Source: Candidatus Eiseniibacteriota bacterium
GTDB taxonomy: Bacteria; Eisenbacteria; RBG-16-71-46; CAZAMP01
DNA: 64,000 bases
Assembly (NCBI GenBank): GCA_965224245.1
Contig: OZ245046.1
Location: forward strand, 4,736,001 to 4,800,000
Direction of reading: 5' to 3'
Shown here in pieces: positions 26,826 through 36,786 of the stretch (position 1 is the first letter of the stretch; the number at the start of each line of letters is the position of its first letter). A program made the translations under genes and the position numbers. The notes under the pieces were generated by a model, which was not told where the DNA came from, searched no databases, and saw only the letters and a list, made by a program, of their open reading frames with translations.

Positions 26826-29800
26826 GTGAAGACTTTCGCGTCACTGCTCCGCGTGTCGTCGCTCTGCGCGGCCGCGGCTCTGATGTCTCTGGCGAGCAAC
26901 GCCGCGGTTGCGGGTCCATATTCCCGCCTCCAGGTGCTGTTGCCCGGCGAGACGGCGGCGCCCGGTACTCCGTCCGGAAAGGCCGGGAGTCCGCAATCGC
27001 AGACATCCGGCATTCCCTTCGACGTTCGGATTCGTGCGTGCGACTCCGACTGGAGCACCGTGACGTCGGTTACGAACCTGATCGACATCTCGAGCTCCGA
27101 CGGAACGGCCGTGTTGCCGCCCGACGTGACGCTGTTCGCCGGCGAGGCGACGGTCAGCGTCACGATCAACGCTTCGGGCACGTTCCTGGTCTCCGCGGAC
27201 GACCTGTCCGACACGTCGATCCCGATCGCAGACTCCACGCCGTTCCAGGCGTTTCGCCTGCAGGGCTTCGAGTTCGATCGCATCAACCAGAAGAACCAGT
27301 ACGCCGGCGTGCCGATGCCCATCACCGTGCGCGCGGTGGATCCGACGGGCGCACTCGTCTCCGGCTTCGACGGAGAGGTTCGCCTGCGTCAGATCACGAG
27401 CTACGGCGAGGGGCGGATCGAGCCGAGCGTGGTGACCCTGTCCAACGGCGTCTGGTCCGGCGACGTGGCGAACTTCCGCGCCGACGAGACGTCGATCAGT
27501 CGCGGCAACGTGAACATCCTCGCGGAGCTGCCGGCCGACCCGTCGTCCAACGGTCTCAGCGATCCCTTCGTCGTGCATCCCGGCGCGCATGCTCGCGTGC
27601 AGCTCGTGGTCCCGGGTCAGAACCCGGCTCCCGGCAGCCTGAGCGGCGTCATCGGCACACCGGGCTCGCAGTCGGTCGGTCAGAACTTCCTCGTGACGGT
27701 GTTCGCCACCGACGAGTACTGGAACCCGCTCCCGAGCACCGACCAGGTCCGGATCACGTCGAGCGACGCGGGCGCCACGACGCCGGTCACCGGCGCGCTC
27801 GTCGACGGCTACGCCGAGTTCACGATCGCGTTCGGGACGACCGGCTCTCAGACGCTCACCATCACCGATCAGACGAACGGCGCGATCCAGGGCATGACGT
27901 CACCGCCGATCGCGGTCACGGCGTCGGGCACCCATCACTTCGAGATCGATCCGATCACGGGACCCATCACGGCGGGCACGTCCGCCCCGGTCACCATTCG
28001 CGCGGTCGACTCCGGCGGCAACCCGAGTGGGGACTTCGCCGGTGACGCGATCCTCACCGCGAACACGGGTGCCGGCAGCGTGACCCCGACGCTCATCACG
28101 TTCGTCGGCGGCGTGTGGAGCGGCGACGTGACGTTCCGCGGCGCCGGCGGCGCCGTGTCGCTGAGCTGCTCGGACTTCTCGAGTCCGCCTCACACCGGTA
28201 CCAGCGCGTCCTTCGAGGTCGTGCCCGGTCCGTATGCTCAGCTGCAGATCCTGCTTCCGGGCGAGTCGCCCCGAGGGGGAACCGATGACGGCGTCGAGGG
28301 CGTCCCGAGTGCCCAGAGCGCCGGCACCGGCTTCGACGTTCGCGTCCGCGCGGTCGACGCGTGGTGGAACCTCGTGCCCGGCATCGACCACGCGGTCGTG
28401 CTCGGCTCGTCCGATCCGTTCGTCTCGGGCACCGACGGGCTCGCGCTCGTCAACGGCGAGCTGGTCGCCCCGGTCACGCTCTTCGCGGCCGGCACCCAGC
28501 ACTTCATGGTCACGGACGCGGATGATCCGTCGATCGCCGAGTCCAGCTCGCATCCGGTCGCGGTGAGCTCGGGGCCCTACACCAACCTCGTCCTGGTGCT
28601 GCCGGGCGAGACGCTGGCGCCGGGCAGCGAGGACGGCTCCGACGGAGAGGCCGTGGACCAGTCCATCAACTTCAGCTTCACGGGGCAGGTGTACGCCACC
28701 GACCAGTGGTTCAACGCGGTCAGCGAGGTCACCGACGTCGTCCGTGCGACGTCCACCGATCCGCTCGCGGAGCTGCCGGGCGACACGCCGCTCGTGAACG
28801 GCGTCGCGGACCTGACGTTCCGCCTGGCGACCGGTGGCTACCAGCAGATCACGGTCGAGAACGTGACGCAGCCCACGATGCCGGTCTCCACGAGCCAGGT
28901 GCGGGCGATCACGTCCGGCTTCCATCTCGAGGCCGACGTGACCCCGACCGAGGTCGAGGCGGGCGAGATCTTCACGCTGACGGTGCGCGTCACGAACGAC
29001 GCGGGCGCCGTGATCGAGGAGGTCAACTCCACGGCCTCGCTGACCGTGAGGCACGCCGAGACGTCGGAGCCCGGTCGCGGCTCGCTGTCGACGACGCAGT
29101 TCCAGCTGATCGGCGGCCAGCGCACGCTCGAGCTGACGTACTCGGCCGCCGAGCCGATCGTGCTCGTGGTGCAGGACGACGCCGGCAACGACCCGGGCAT
29201 CACCGAGGTGATCACGGTGTCACCCGGCCCACCGGCGTCGATCGACATGACGGCCAGCGCCACGTGGGTCCGTGGGAACCGGACGGCGGCGATCGTGGCC
29301 CGCGTGATCGACGCGCACGGCAACGGCGTGCCCGTGATCCCGGTGAGCTTCGTGCTCGAGGAGGGAGCGGGAACGCTCACTCAGGTCGACCTGGAGACCG
29401 CCGAGGACGGTGTCGCCGCCGCCGAGTATCTGACCCCGCGACACCCCGAGACCGCGATCATCCGTGCGGAATCGGGGACGCTCGTCGCGCGGCACGAGGT
29501 CGAGACCGCGCTCGTGGATCCCAGCGCGTCCCCCGGATCGATCACGAGCTATCCGAACCCGTTCCATCCCGACGAGCTGGACGCGACGCTCGCGTACAAG
29601 CTCGCGGACGATGCCAGCGTCACGATCGAGTTCTACACGCTGAGCGGAACCCTCGTCCGGACCGAGAGCTTCGACAACGGCGCTCCCGGAGGACGAGCGG
29701 GTCTCAACGAGTTCCGGTGGGATGGTCTAAACGGTCAGGGCCGTGAGGTCGCGAGCGGCACGTACGTCGTGCAGCTCACGGCCACCGGATCCGGCGAAAC

Positions 29801-29840
29801 CTTGCACCGCATGCGTCACCGCGTCGCGGTGGTTCGATGA
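26826..29840 (+). CDS. Large secreted Ig-like repeat protein with C-terminal FlgD-Ig/T9SS-type domain
   Basis: Signal peptide, four related ~110-aa repeats, Big_1-like domain, C-terminal SYPNPF...WDGLNGQGREVASGTY. GTG follows GGAGGA. Confidence 0.85.
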   Translation: MKTFASLLRVSSLCAAAALMSLASNAAVAGPYSRLQVLLPGETAAPGTPSGKAGSPQSQTSGIPFDVRIRACDSDWSTVTSVTNLIDISSSDGTAVLPPDVTLFAGEATVSVTINASGTFLVSADDLSDTSIPIADSTPFQAFRLQGFEFDRINQKNQYAGVPMPITVRAVDPTGALVSGFDGEVRLRQITSYGEGRIEPSVVTLSNGVWSGDVANFRADETSISRGNVNILAELPADPSSNGLSDPFVVHPGAHARVQLVVPGQNPAPGSLSGVIGTPGSQSVGQNFLVTVFATDEYWNPLPSTDQVRITSSDAGATTPVTGALVDGYAEFTIAFGTTGSQTLTITDQTNGAIQGMTSPPIAVTASGTHHFEIDPITGPITAGTSAPVTIRAVDSGGNPSGDFAGDAILTANTGAGSVTPTLITFVGGVWSGDVTFRGAGGAVSLSCSDFSSPPHTGTSASFEVVPGPYAQLQILLPGESPRGGTDDGVEGVPSAQSAGTGFDVRVRAVDAWWNLVPGIDHAVVLGSSDPFVSGTDGLALVNGELVAPVTLFAAGTQHFMVTDADDPSIAESSSHPVAVSSGPYTNLVLVLPGETLAPGSEDGSDGEAVDQSINFSFTGQVYATDQWFNAVSEVTDVVRATSTDPLAELPGDTPLVNGVADLTFRLATGGYQQITVENVTQPTMPVSTSQVRAITSGFHLEADVTPTEVEAGEIFTLTVRVTNDAGAVIEEVNSTASLTVRHAETSEPGRGSLSTTQFQLIGGQRTLELTYSAAEPIVLVVQDDAGNDPGITEVITVSPGPPASIDMTASATWVRGNRTAAIVARVIDAHGNGVPVIPVSFVLEEGAGTLTQVDLETAEDGVAAAEYLTPRHPETAIIRAESGTLVARHEVETALVDPSASPGSITSYPNPFHPDELDATLAYKLADDASVTIEFYTLSGTLVRTESFDNGAPGGRAGLNEFRWDGLNGQGREVASGTYVVQLTATGSGETLHRMRHRVAVVR

Positions 29841-29857
29841 TGGGGGAGGTATCCACG

Positions 29858-31117
29858 ATGCAGCTCCGCGTAGCACACGCTGCCAGAGCGTCAATGGTCT
29901 CCGCGGCGTGTCTGATCTTCACGACGGCCACGGTGCAGGCTGGCGAGGAGGGTGGTGGGCTCCCCGGTGACTGGCTGGCGCGCTTCGACAGCGCCCGGTC
30001 GGTCGGTATCGGCGGCGCGATGGTGGCGCTCGGCGAAGAGCCCCTCAGCGCGTTCTGGAACCCGGCGGGCTTGTCGTTCGCCGACCGGAACGAGGCACGC
30101 TTCGAGACCGCCCGCCTGTTCGAGGGAACGTCGGTCAATGCGGCGAGCATGATGATCCCGGGCAGCTCGCGACCGAGCCTCGGCGTCTCGGTGCTCGCGC
30201 TGAGCTCCGGAGAGATCCAGCGTACGAGCGAGCTGAACGAGCCTCTGGGCACGTTCAACGAGTCGCAGATGGCGTTTCTTCTCTCGACGTCGAAGCTGCT
30301 GTCGCCCGGGCTCGCGCTCGGCCTGAACCTCAAGTTCGTGCGGCAGAGCCTCGAGGAGTTCGGCGACTTCGGGTACGGGGCCGACCTCGGCATCCTGTAC
30401 GACCTCTCGCCGCGCATTCGCGTCGGGGCGTCGCTTCTGAACATCGGGGGCCCGAGCCTCACGCTCCGCGAGACCGAGGAGTCGTTTCCGGCCGAGTTCC
30501 GGACGGGTGTGTCGTTCCGGAGCTCCTCGGGCAAGGCGCTGCTCACCGCCGAGTTCGATCATCGTGAAGGGACCGGCAGCGAGCTTCGGAGCGGTGCCGA
30601 GTACTGGCTGCACCGATCGATGGCCCTGCGTATCGGGTACGACGCGTCGGAGCCCTCGGGTGGCGTCAGCGTCCGTCCGGGCGAGAACACGCAGTTCGAC
30701 TACGGAATCGTCGACCACGAGCTGGGTGCGGTGCATCGCATCGGCTTCTCGTATCGGTTCGGTGGCTTCTTCGCCAGCTCGTCGGCGGACCCGCAGGTGT
30801 TCTCGCCGCTCGGCGACCGTCCAGTGTCGCGCGTTCAGCTCCGCACGCGGACGAAGAGCGAGACCCAGGACTGGACGCTGTCCTTCGTCGACAAGTTCGA
30901 CAACCTGGTGCGGCGGTACAGCGGTCAAGGCACCCCGCCGGCGCACGTGATCTGGGACGGCAAGAACGACAACGGACTTCCGCTGCCCGACGGCACGTAC
31001 CGGTATCAGCTGACCGTGCGCGACGCAGACGGTCGGCAGATCGAGGGCAGCCCGGGTGAGATCCAGATCGACACGGACGGGCCGCGCGGCAACGGCGCCG
31101 ACGTCGAGATCGGCTGA
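29858..31117 (+). CDS. PorV/PorQ-family outer-membrane barrel fused to a FlgD-Ig-like domain
   Basis: SARSVGIGGA...SAFWNPAGL, GADLGILY, GASLLNIG, LGAVHRIGFSYRF, then WDGKNDNGLPLPDGTY. Confidence 0.8.
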   Translation: MQLRVAHAARASMVSAACLIFTTATVQAGEEGGGLPGDWLARFDSARSVGIGGAMVALGEEPLSAFWNPAGLSFADRNEARFETARLFEGTSVNAASMMIPGSSRPSLGVSVLALSSGEIQRTSELNEPLGTFNESQMAFLLSTSKLLSPGLALGLNLKFVRQSLEEFGDFGYGADLGILYDLSPRIRVGASLLNIGGPSLTLRETEESFPAEFRTGVSFRSSSGKALLTAEFDHREGTGSELRSGAEYWLHRSMALRIGYDASEPSGGVSVRPGENTQFDYGIVDHELGAVHRIGFSYRFGGFFASSSADPQVFSPLGDRPVSRVQLRTRTKSETQDWTLSFVDKFDNLVRRYSGQGTPPAHVIWDGKNDNGLPLPDGTYRYQLTVRDADGRQIEGSPGEIQIDTDGPRGNGADVEIG

Positions 31118-31137
31118 GTACGATGGGAGAGTCACAG

Positions 31138-34100
31138 ATGGATACCGCGCACGGTTCCGCACGCACGCGGACGATGCTCCGTGCCCGACTCGCGTCCTTC
31201 GCCATGGCGACGCTCGCGGTCGCGGTCACCGGAACGGCGTCCGCCGGCTCGGACACCGATCAGCCCGCTTCCGCGCCCTCGAGCGCAATGCGGCTGGGCA
31301 TGGAGATCGAGAGCCTGCGAGGGACGGGCTCGGTCCCGGCGGCCGCGACGCTCGACGACCTGCGGGGTCGCCTGACCGCCGCGCTGGACGCCGCGACGGA
31401 GAAGATCGACCGGGGTGCCATTCGGCTGCTCCTGGCCGAGGTCTCGATCGCGGAAGGGCGCTCCTCCGACGCCGATCGGCTCCTGCGCGATGCCGAACGC
31501 GATCTGGACAGCGATGCCTTCGACGACGACTTCGCGGCGCTCCGCACCCTCGTGCAGGAGCTGTCCGGCGACGACGCGCGTGCGGACGAGGCGTGGGAGA
31601 AGTGGCTCTCGCGTCACGAGACGAGCGCGCTCTCCGAGCGCGTCGCGCTGGCTCGCGTGTGGAACGCGGTCCGGCGCGGCGACGCCGCGGCCGCCGAGAC
31701 CCGACTCACGGCGCTCACCGCCGAACGCACCTGGATGATGGAGGATCCGGACGTTCGGCTCGCGTCGGCGACGGTTGCCTGGATGCGGAGCGACTTCGAC
31801 GCGGCCCTGAAGATCCTGGGGCCGAACCCGGATCGCCCCATGGAGGGCTATCTCGCCGCGATGTGCATGGAGGCCACCGGCCAGACGTTGCCCGCCGCGG
31901 CGGCGTTCCAGGACGTGGCCAACCGACATCCGGACTCGCCGTTTCGTGATCACGCCCTGTTCCGCAAGGCCGACATCTTCCGTCGCAGCGGTGCGTTCCG
32001 GAGTGCGGCCGAGGAGTTCGCCGCCGTGCACGAGCGTGCGACGGTGACCGCGGTCCGTGACGAGTCGGCGTTCCGCCGCGCGATGTGCCTCTACTTCGAC
32101 GGCAACATGGCGGTGGCGGAGGAGCAGCTCTCGGAGCTCGTGTCGACCCAGCGCGGCACCGACGTGGGTGCGCGGTCGCAGTATCTCCTGGCCGAGCTGC
32201 TCGCGAACGGCGGTCGATACGACGAGGCGATCGCCGTCTTCACCGAGCTGCTGGCCCAGCACTTCGAGCACGACCTCGCGCCGCGAGCGCAGTACCGCAT
32301 CGGACGCTGCCTCGACGCCCTGGGGCGTCACGACGAGGCGACCAGCTCCTACATGGCGGTCGTGGAGGGCTACTCCCAGTCGCGCGAGGCGCCGGCCGCG
32401 GCGTACCTGACCGGCGTCGGTCTCCTGGACCGGCAGCAGCCGCAAGCTGCGGTCCCGTACTTCCAGCTCCTGCTGGACCGGTACGGCGCTCGCGCCGCCG
32501 AGGGCATCGCGACGCCCGAGGAGACCGAGCTGCTGGCCGCGGGGCACTATCACCTGCTGGTCGCGTTTCGGAGCTTCGGCGACCTGTCGAACGTGGCGTC
32601 GGCGACGCCGCCGCCCACGGCGGATGCGGCGAGCACGTGGACGATGGCGTCACGGCTCCTGATCGCCGACGCACTCGCCTCGCAGAACCGTCTGGACGCG
32701 GCGCGCGAGATGCTCGAGCCGGTGATGGACTGGTCGGGGGATTCCGGCATCGTCGTCTCCTCCGGTCGGCTACTGGCGTGGGTGCACGGCCAGCAGGGAC
32801 ACGAGGAGCTGGCCGTCGAGACCGAGCAGTCGGTGCTGTCGCGCTTCGGCGAGGACCAGGTCGGAGACGAGCTGACCGCCGCGGTGATGAATCGCGGTCA
32901 CATGCTCTTCAATGCCAAGAAGTACGACGACGCGGTGACCGAGTACGAGCGCGTGCTCCGGGACTATCCCGATCATCCGCTCGCCGCGCGTGCGGCGTAC
33001 CAGGCCGGTATCTGCTACATGCGACTCGATCGCGCCGGCGACGCCGTCGACCGCTGGGAGACCGTCGTGGCGGCCGATCCGACGAGCGACGTCGCGCTCG
33101 AGGCGGCCAGGCGTGCGGCGGAGGTCTACTTCCGGGCCGACGACTACGCGTCGGCGACGCGCGTCTACGACGTGCTGCTGGCGAACTTCCCGAGTCACCC
33201 GATCGCCGCGCGCGCGTACCTGGGCAAGGCGCAGTGTGCGTACAACCAGGGCGAGGACGAGACCGCGCTGAGCGGCTTCTCGGACTTCCTGACCCGCTTC
33301 CCCGGAAGCGCGTTGACCCCGGAGGCCGAGAAGGGCATCGAGATGGCGCTGTACCGTCTCGGACACGAGGCCGACGGTGTGGAGCGGCTCCAGGAGCTCG
33401 TCGAGCAGTACCCGACGAGCCGCTTCGCCGCCGACGCGCAGCTCGACATCGCGAACAAGCTCTTCGAGGCCGAGCGCTACGAGGAGGCCACCGAGGCGTA
33501 CCGGCGACTGGTCAGCCAGTTCCCGTCGCATCCCGAGACCGATCGGGCGCAGTTCTTCATGTGCGAGTCGATGATGTCCGCGGGTCGAGTCGCGGACGCC
33601 ACCGGGGGATACGAGCAGTTCCTGCAGTTCTTCCCGTCGAGTGACCTGAGGACGACCGTGCAGTTCCGTCTCGGGTCGCTGCGCTTCGAGGCCGGCGACC
33701 ACATGCGTGCCGCCGTCGACTTCACCGGTGTGCTCGGGGGCGACCCCGACGACGAGACCCGCCAGGCATCGCTGTACAACCTCGCGCTCTGCGAGCGCGT
33801 GCTCGGTCAGATCGACGGCGCGCTCGCGCACCTCGACGCGCTCAGCGCCGAGAAGCTCGTGAGCCTCGATCCAGCCGAGATCCGCTTCCAGATCGCCGAG
33901 GTTCACGCCGCGGCCGGGAACACCGAGCAGGCGATCGCGGGCTACAAGGAGGCGCTCGCGTCGAAGCCCAGCAAGGCACGTGCGGCGGAGGCGAACTTCC
34001 GCCTGGGCTTCGTGCTCGAGAGCCAGGGTCAGCGAACCGGCGCGATCGCGGCCTACGAGAAGGTCATCGGCGCCGGCTCGAACGAGTTCCGGGTGCCGGC

Positions 34101-34251
34101 GCTGACGCGTTGCGCCCTTCTGTACGAAGAGGAAGATGATCTCCGGAGCGCGCTTCGGGTCTACCGGGCGCTCGCGAAAGCCTCTCCCGACCCCGAGCTG
34201 GTGGCGGCTGCCGACCAGCGGGCGAAGGAGCTGGAAACCGTCGTTCAGTAG
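31138..34251 (+). CDS. Exported ~1040-aa TPR protein (BamD/CpoB-like repeats)
   Basis: Signal peptide; many A.Y..G...Y..A...Y..L...YP TPR units. Confidence 0.88.
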   Translation: MDTAHGSARTRTMLRARLASFAMATLAVAVTGTASAGSDTDQPASAPSSAMRLGMEIESLRGTGSVPAAATLDDLRGRLTAALDAATEKIDRGAIRLLLAEVSIAEGRSSDADRLLRDAERDLDSDAFDDDFAALRTLVQELSGDDARADEAWEKWLSRHETSALSERVALARVWNAVRRGDAAAAETRLTALTAERTWMMEDPDVRLASATVAWMRSDFDAALKILGPNPDRPMEGYLAAMCMEATGQTLPAAAAFQDVANRHPDSPFRDHALFRKADIFRRSGAFRSAAEEFAAVHERATVTAVRDESAFRRAMCLYFDGNMAVAEEQLSELVSTQRGTDVGARSQYLLAELLANGGRYDEAIAVFTELLAQHFEHDLAPRAQYRIGRCLDALGRHDEATSSYMAVVEGYSQSREAPAAAYLTGVGLLDRQQPQAAVPYFQLLLDRYGARAAEGIATPEETELLAAGHYHLLVAFRSFGDLSNVASATPPPTADAASTWTMASRLLIADALASQNRLDAAREMLEPVMDWSGDSGIVVSSGRLLAWVHGQQGHEELAVETEQSVLSRFGEDQVGDELTAAVMNRGHMLFNAKKYDDAVTEYERVLRDYPDHPLAARAAYQAGICYMRLDRAGDAVDRWETVVAADPTSDVALEAARRAAEVYFRADDYASATRVYDVLLANFPSHPIAARAYLGKAQCAYNQGEDETALSGFSDFLTRFPGSALTPEAEKGIEMALYRLGHEADGVERLQELVEQYPTSRFAADAQLDIANKLFEAERYEEATEAYRRLVSQFPSHPETDRAQFFMCESMMSAGRVADATGGYEQFLQFFPSSDLRTTVQFRLGSLRFEAGDHMRAAVDFTGVLGGDPDDETRQASLYNLALCERVLGQIDGALAHLDALSAEKLVSLDPAEIRFQIAEVHAAAGNTEQAIAGYKEALASKPSKARAAEANFRLGFVLESQGQRTGAIAAYEKVIGAGSNEFRVPALTRCALLYEEEDDLRSALRVYRALAKASPDPELVAAADQRAKELETVVQ

Positions 34252-34272
34252 CACCACTTTTCAGGGAGCACT

Positions 34273-34959
34273 GTGATGTTTGCTCAGCTCGACTGGGGCG
34301 CGGCCCTCTTCGGCAGTCCCATTCTGATGGCCCTCGTGGTGTTCAGCGTCGTGGCCATGTCGGCGACGCTCGAGCGCCTCGCCTACTACCTCCGGCGCCG
34401 AGGAGACGTCGATCGGATGGTGGCGTCGGTTCTCGAATGCCTTCGTGACCGTGACGTCAAGGCGGCCGCGCGGGTGTGTGCCGGCGCGTCTCATCCCTTC
34501 GGTGCGGTCACCAAGCGCCTCCTCGAGGAGAGCGGCTCGCCGGACCAGGACGAGGAGACGATTCTGATCGCGCTGAGCGAGGAGAAGCTCCTGCTCGAGC
34601 GCAACCTGGGCACGCTCGGGTCGATCGCCGCGATCGCCCCCCTGGTGGGGCTCCTCGGGACCGTGTGGGGGATCATGCGGGCGTTCTTCGACATGTCGAC
34701 GAGCGGCTCCGCGGCGCCCGCCGTCGTGGCCGGCGGCGTGGCCGAGGCCCTCACGACGACGGCAGCCGGTCTCATCATCGCCGTGCCGGCGGTGCTCGTG
34801 TACAACCACTTCACGCGTCGCATGAACGTCATGTTGACGACAGCTGAGAACGGCGTTCGACGCGTTCGCAGTGAACTGCGCGACGGCAGCGCCGTGTCAC
34901 ACGGCGGCGCCGTGTCGTCCGCGTCGTCGTCGGGCTCCGTCCGCGCGAAGGTCGCGTAG
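34273..34959 (+). CDS. exbB: MotA/TolQ/ExbB proton channel
   Basis: IAPLVGLLGTVWGIMRAF, VAGGVAEALTTTAAGLIIAVPA. Confidence 0.92.
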   Translation: MMFAQLDWGAALFGSPILMALVVFSVVAMSATLERLAYYLRRRGDVDRMVASVLECLRDRDVKAAARVCAGASHPFGAVTKRLLEESGSPDQDEETILIALSEEKLLLERNLGTLGSIAAIAPLVGLLGTVWGIMRAFFDMSTSGSAAPAVVAGGVAEALTTTAAGLIIAVPAVLVYNHFTRRMNVMLTTAENGVRRVRSELRDGSAVSHGGAVSSASSSGSVRAKVA

Positions 34960-34969
34960 AGGTCGAACC

Positions 34970-35377
34970 ATGTTCCAGCACCGACAGCGCTTCTCGAGCG
35001 GAACCCACGACATCAACATCACGCCGCTGATCGACGTGTCGCTCACGCTCGTCGTCATCCTTCTCCTGGCCGCGCCGCTCGCGTTCGAGTCGAGCATCGC
35101 GGTGCGGGCGGGCGCCGCGCAGGGACGCGTGGCACCGAGCGAGACCGACATGGCCACGATCGAGGTCACGATCCTGTCCAACGACGAGGTTCGTGTGAAC
35201 CGTGACGTCGTGGCGTTCGGGGACCTGGCGTCCGTCCTCTCCCCGATGCTCGCCGACCCGGCACACGGTCGCGTGCTCGTGGACGCACGCGAGGGGGTCA
35301 CACACGGGAGGTTCGTGACCGTCCTCGACGAGGCGAGGCAGTGCGGGGCCACCGACATCGCGGTCACGGGGAGGTGA
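34970..35377 (+). CDS. exbD: ExbD/TolR protein (conserved TM Asp present)
   Basis: DINITPLIDVSLTLVVILL; HGRFVTVLDEARQCGA. Confidence 0.88.
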   Translation: MFQHRQRFSSGTHDINITPLIDVSLTLVVILLLAAPLAFESSIAVRAGAAQGRVAPSETDMATIEVTILSNDEVRVNRDVVAFGDLASVLSPMLADPAHGRVLVDAREGVTHGRFVTVLDEARQCGATDIAVTGR

Positions 35378-35378
35378 C

Positions 35379-35804
35379 ATGCGCCGTTCGTTCGTAGAGT
35401 CGAACGTGGAGGTCGCTCGCATCGACGTGACGCCCGTGATCGGCGTCGCGCTGGTGCTGGTGCTGATCCTCCTGATCACCGCACCGCTGTTCCCGGTCGT
35501 CGACCTGGGGATCACACCGCCCGAGGCGCGTACGCGCGGTACCGAGGATGCTCGGCGCGTCACGGTGACGATGGGCGTGGACGGGGCTCTGGCCGTGGAC
35601 GATCGCATCGTTCGTGTCGACCGCTTCGAAGAGGAGGTCGCCCGGGCATTGCGATTGCAGTCGGACGGTGATGCCCGGCCGCTCGTGATCATCCGTGCCG
35701 ATACGGCCTCGGACCACGAAGTCGTGCAGGGCGTGCTCCGTCGAGTGAAGGCCGCCGGCGCCGAGCGCGTCGCGATCGGGACACTGCAGAGGACGTCGTC
35801 ATGA
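35379..35804 (+). CDS. exbD: Second ExbD/TolR protein (TM Asp replaced by Gly)
   Basis: RIDVTPVIGVALVLVLILLITAP; IIRAD...VLRRVKAAGAERVAI. Confidence 0.85.
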   Translation: MRRSFVESNVEVARIDVTPVIGVALVLVLILLITAPLFPVVDLGITPPEARTRGTEDARRVTVTMGVDGALAVDDRIVRVDRFEEEVARALRLQSDGDARPLVIIRADTASDHEVVQGVLRRVKAAGAERVAIGTLQRTSS

Positions 35805-36760
35805 GTATGCCACGACTCGACGTGTCCGACGATCGGACGCGCCATCGCCGCGCGCTGCTCGGCAGCGCGTTCTTCCACGCGTGCTTCGTGGCGGCACTCC
35901 TGTTGCAGGAGCCGGCGCCCGCCGCTGAGGTGCTGACCGAGATCACGATGCTCGACATGCCGCCGGCGACGGCGCCGCCGCCGCCGCCGCCGACTCCGCT
36001 CCAGGTCGCGCCGGAGCCCGAGAAGCCGACTCCGGTCACCGCGACGAAGCCCACGCCGGAGGCGCCCGAGGCCTTCGCACGGGAGACGCACGAGGCGCCG
36101 GTGGCGCCGCGGCCGCAGTCCGTGGAGAAGATCCGTGACGACGTGCGATCGCGACTCCTGTCCTCGGCGGTCCCGACGTCGTCGGCGCGGACGTCGCTGC
36201 AGTCCTCGGCGTCGTCGGTGCCGACCCGCACGTCGAGCGCCCCGGCGGGCATCTCGTCGCCGACCGCCAGCCAGTCGTCGGTCTCGCTCTCGCGTGGAGC
36301 GCCCGTGACCGGCGACCGACCCATCTCGCTGTCGCGCGGCACCCAGCCGGGCGCCCCGTCGACCGCCATGGCGCAGATCGAGCGGAGCGTCACCCCCGAC
36401 ACCGGCGGTGGGATGAACCTGGCCGCCACGGCGGACTCGACCAACGTACTTCGCCTGGCCGGCGCGGAGCTGATGGGACCCGTCGCGGATCGCGCGCTCC
36501 TGGAGCATCCCTCGCCCACGTACCCGGAGTGGGCGAAGCGGGAGGCCGTCGAGGGAGCGGTGAACCTGTACTTCGTCGTGCTCTCGGACGGACGCGTCAA
36601 GTCCAACGTGCTGGTGCAAAAGACGTCGGGTTATCCCGACTTCGACGAGAACGCGATCGCCGCTCTCAGGAGCTGGCGATTCCAGTCACTACCGACCGGA
36701 GCGAGCGGTGACCAGTGGGGTACCGTCACCTTCGAGTATCGCCTCGCGGGGCTCGACTGA
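35801..36760 (+). CDS. tonB: TonB-family energy transducer
   Basis: TM SAFFH (SxxxH), Pro- and Ser-rich spacer, C-terminal YPEWAKREAVEGAV...SGYPDFDENAIAALRSWRF. Confidence 0.9.
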   Translation: MSMPRLDVSDDRTRHRRALLGSAFFHACFVAALLLQEPAPAAEVLTEITMLDMPPATAPPPPPPTPLQVAPEPEKPTPVTATKPTPEAPEAFARETHEAPVAPRPQSVEKIRDDVRSRLLSSAVPTSSARTSLQSSASSVPTRTSSAPAGISSPTASQSSVSLSRGAPVTGDRPISLSRGTQPGAPSTAMAQIERSVTPDTGGGMNLAATADSTNVLRLAGAELMGPVADRALLEHPSPTYPEWAKREAVEGAVNLYFVVLSDGRVKSNVLVQKTSGYPDFDENAIAALRSWRFQSLPTGASGDQWGTVTFEYRLAGLD

Positions 36761-36786
36761 GCCCCGCCAGCCCGGAGAGGATTCTC

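Noticed and set aside
35970-35995. CCG trinucleotide run
   Set aside because: Encodes the Pro-rich TonB spacer; not an independent repeat.
31138-36760. Standard Tol-Pal or TonB iron-uptake locus
   Set aside because: No TolB, Pal or TonB-dependent receptor in the operon.
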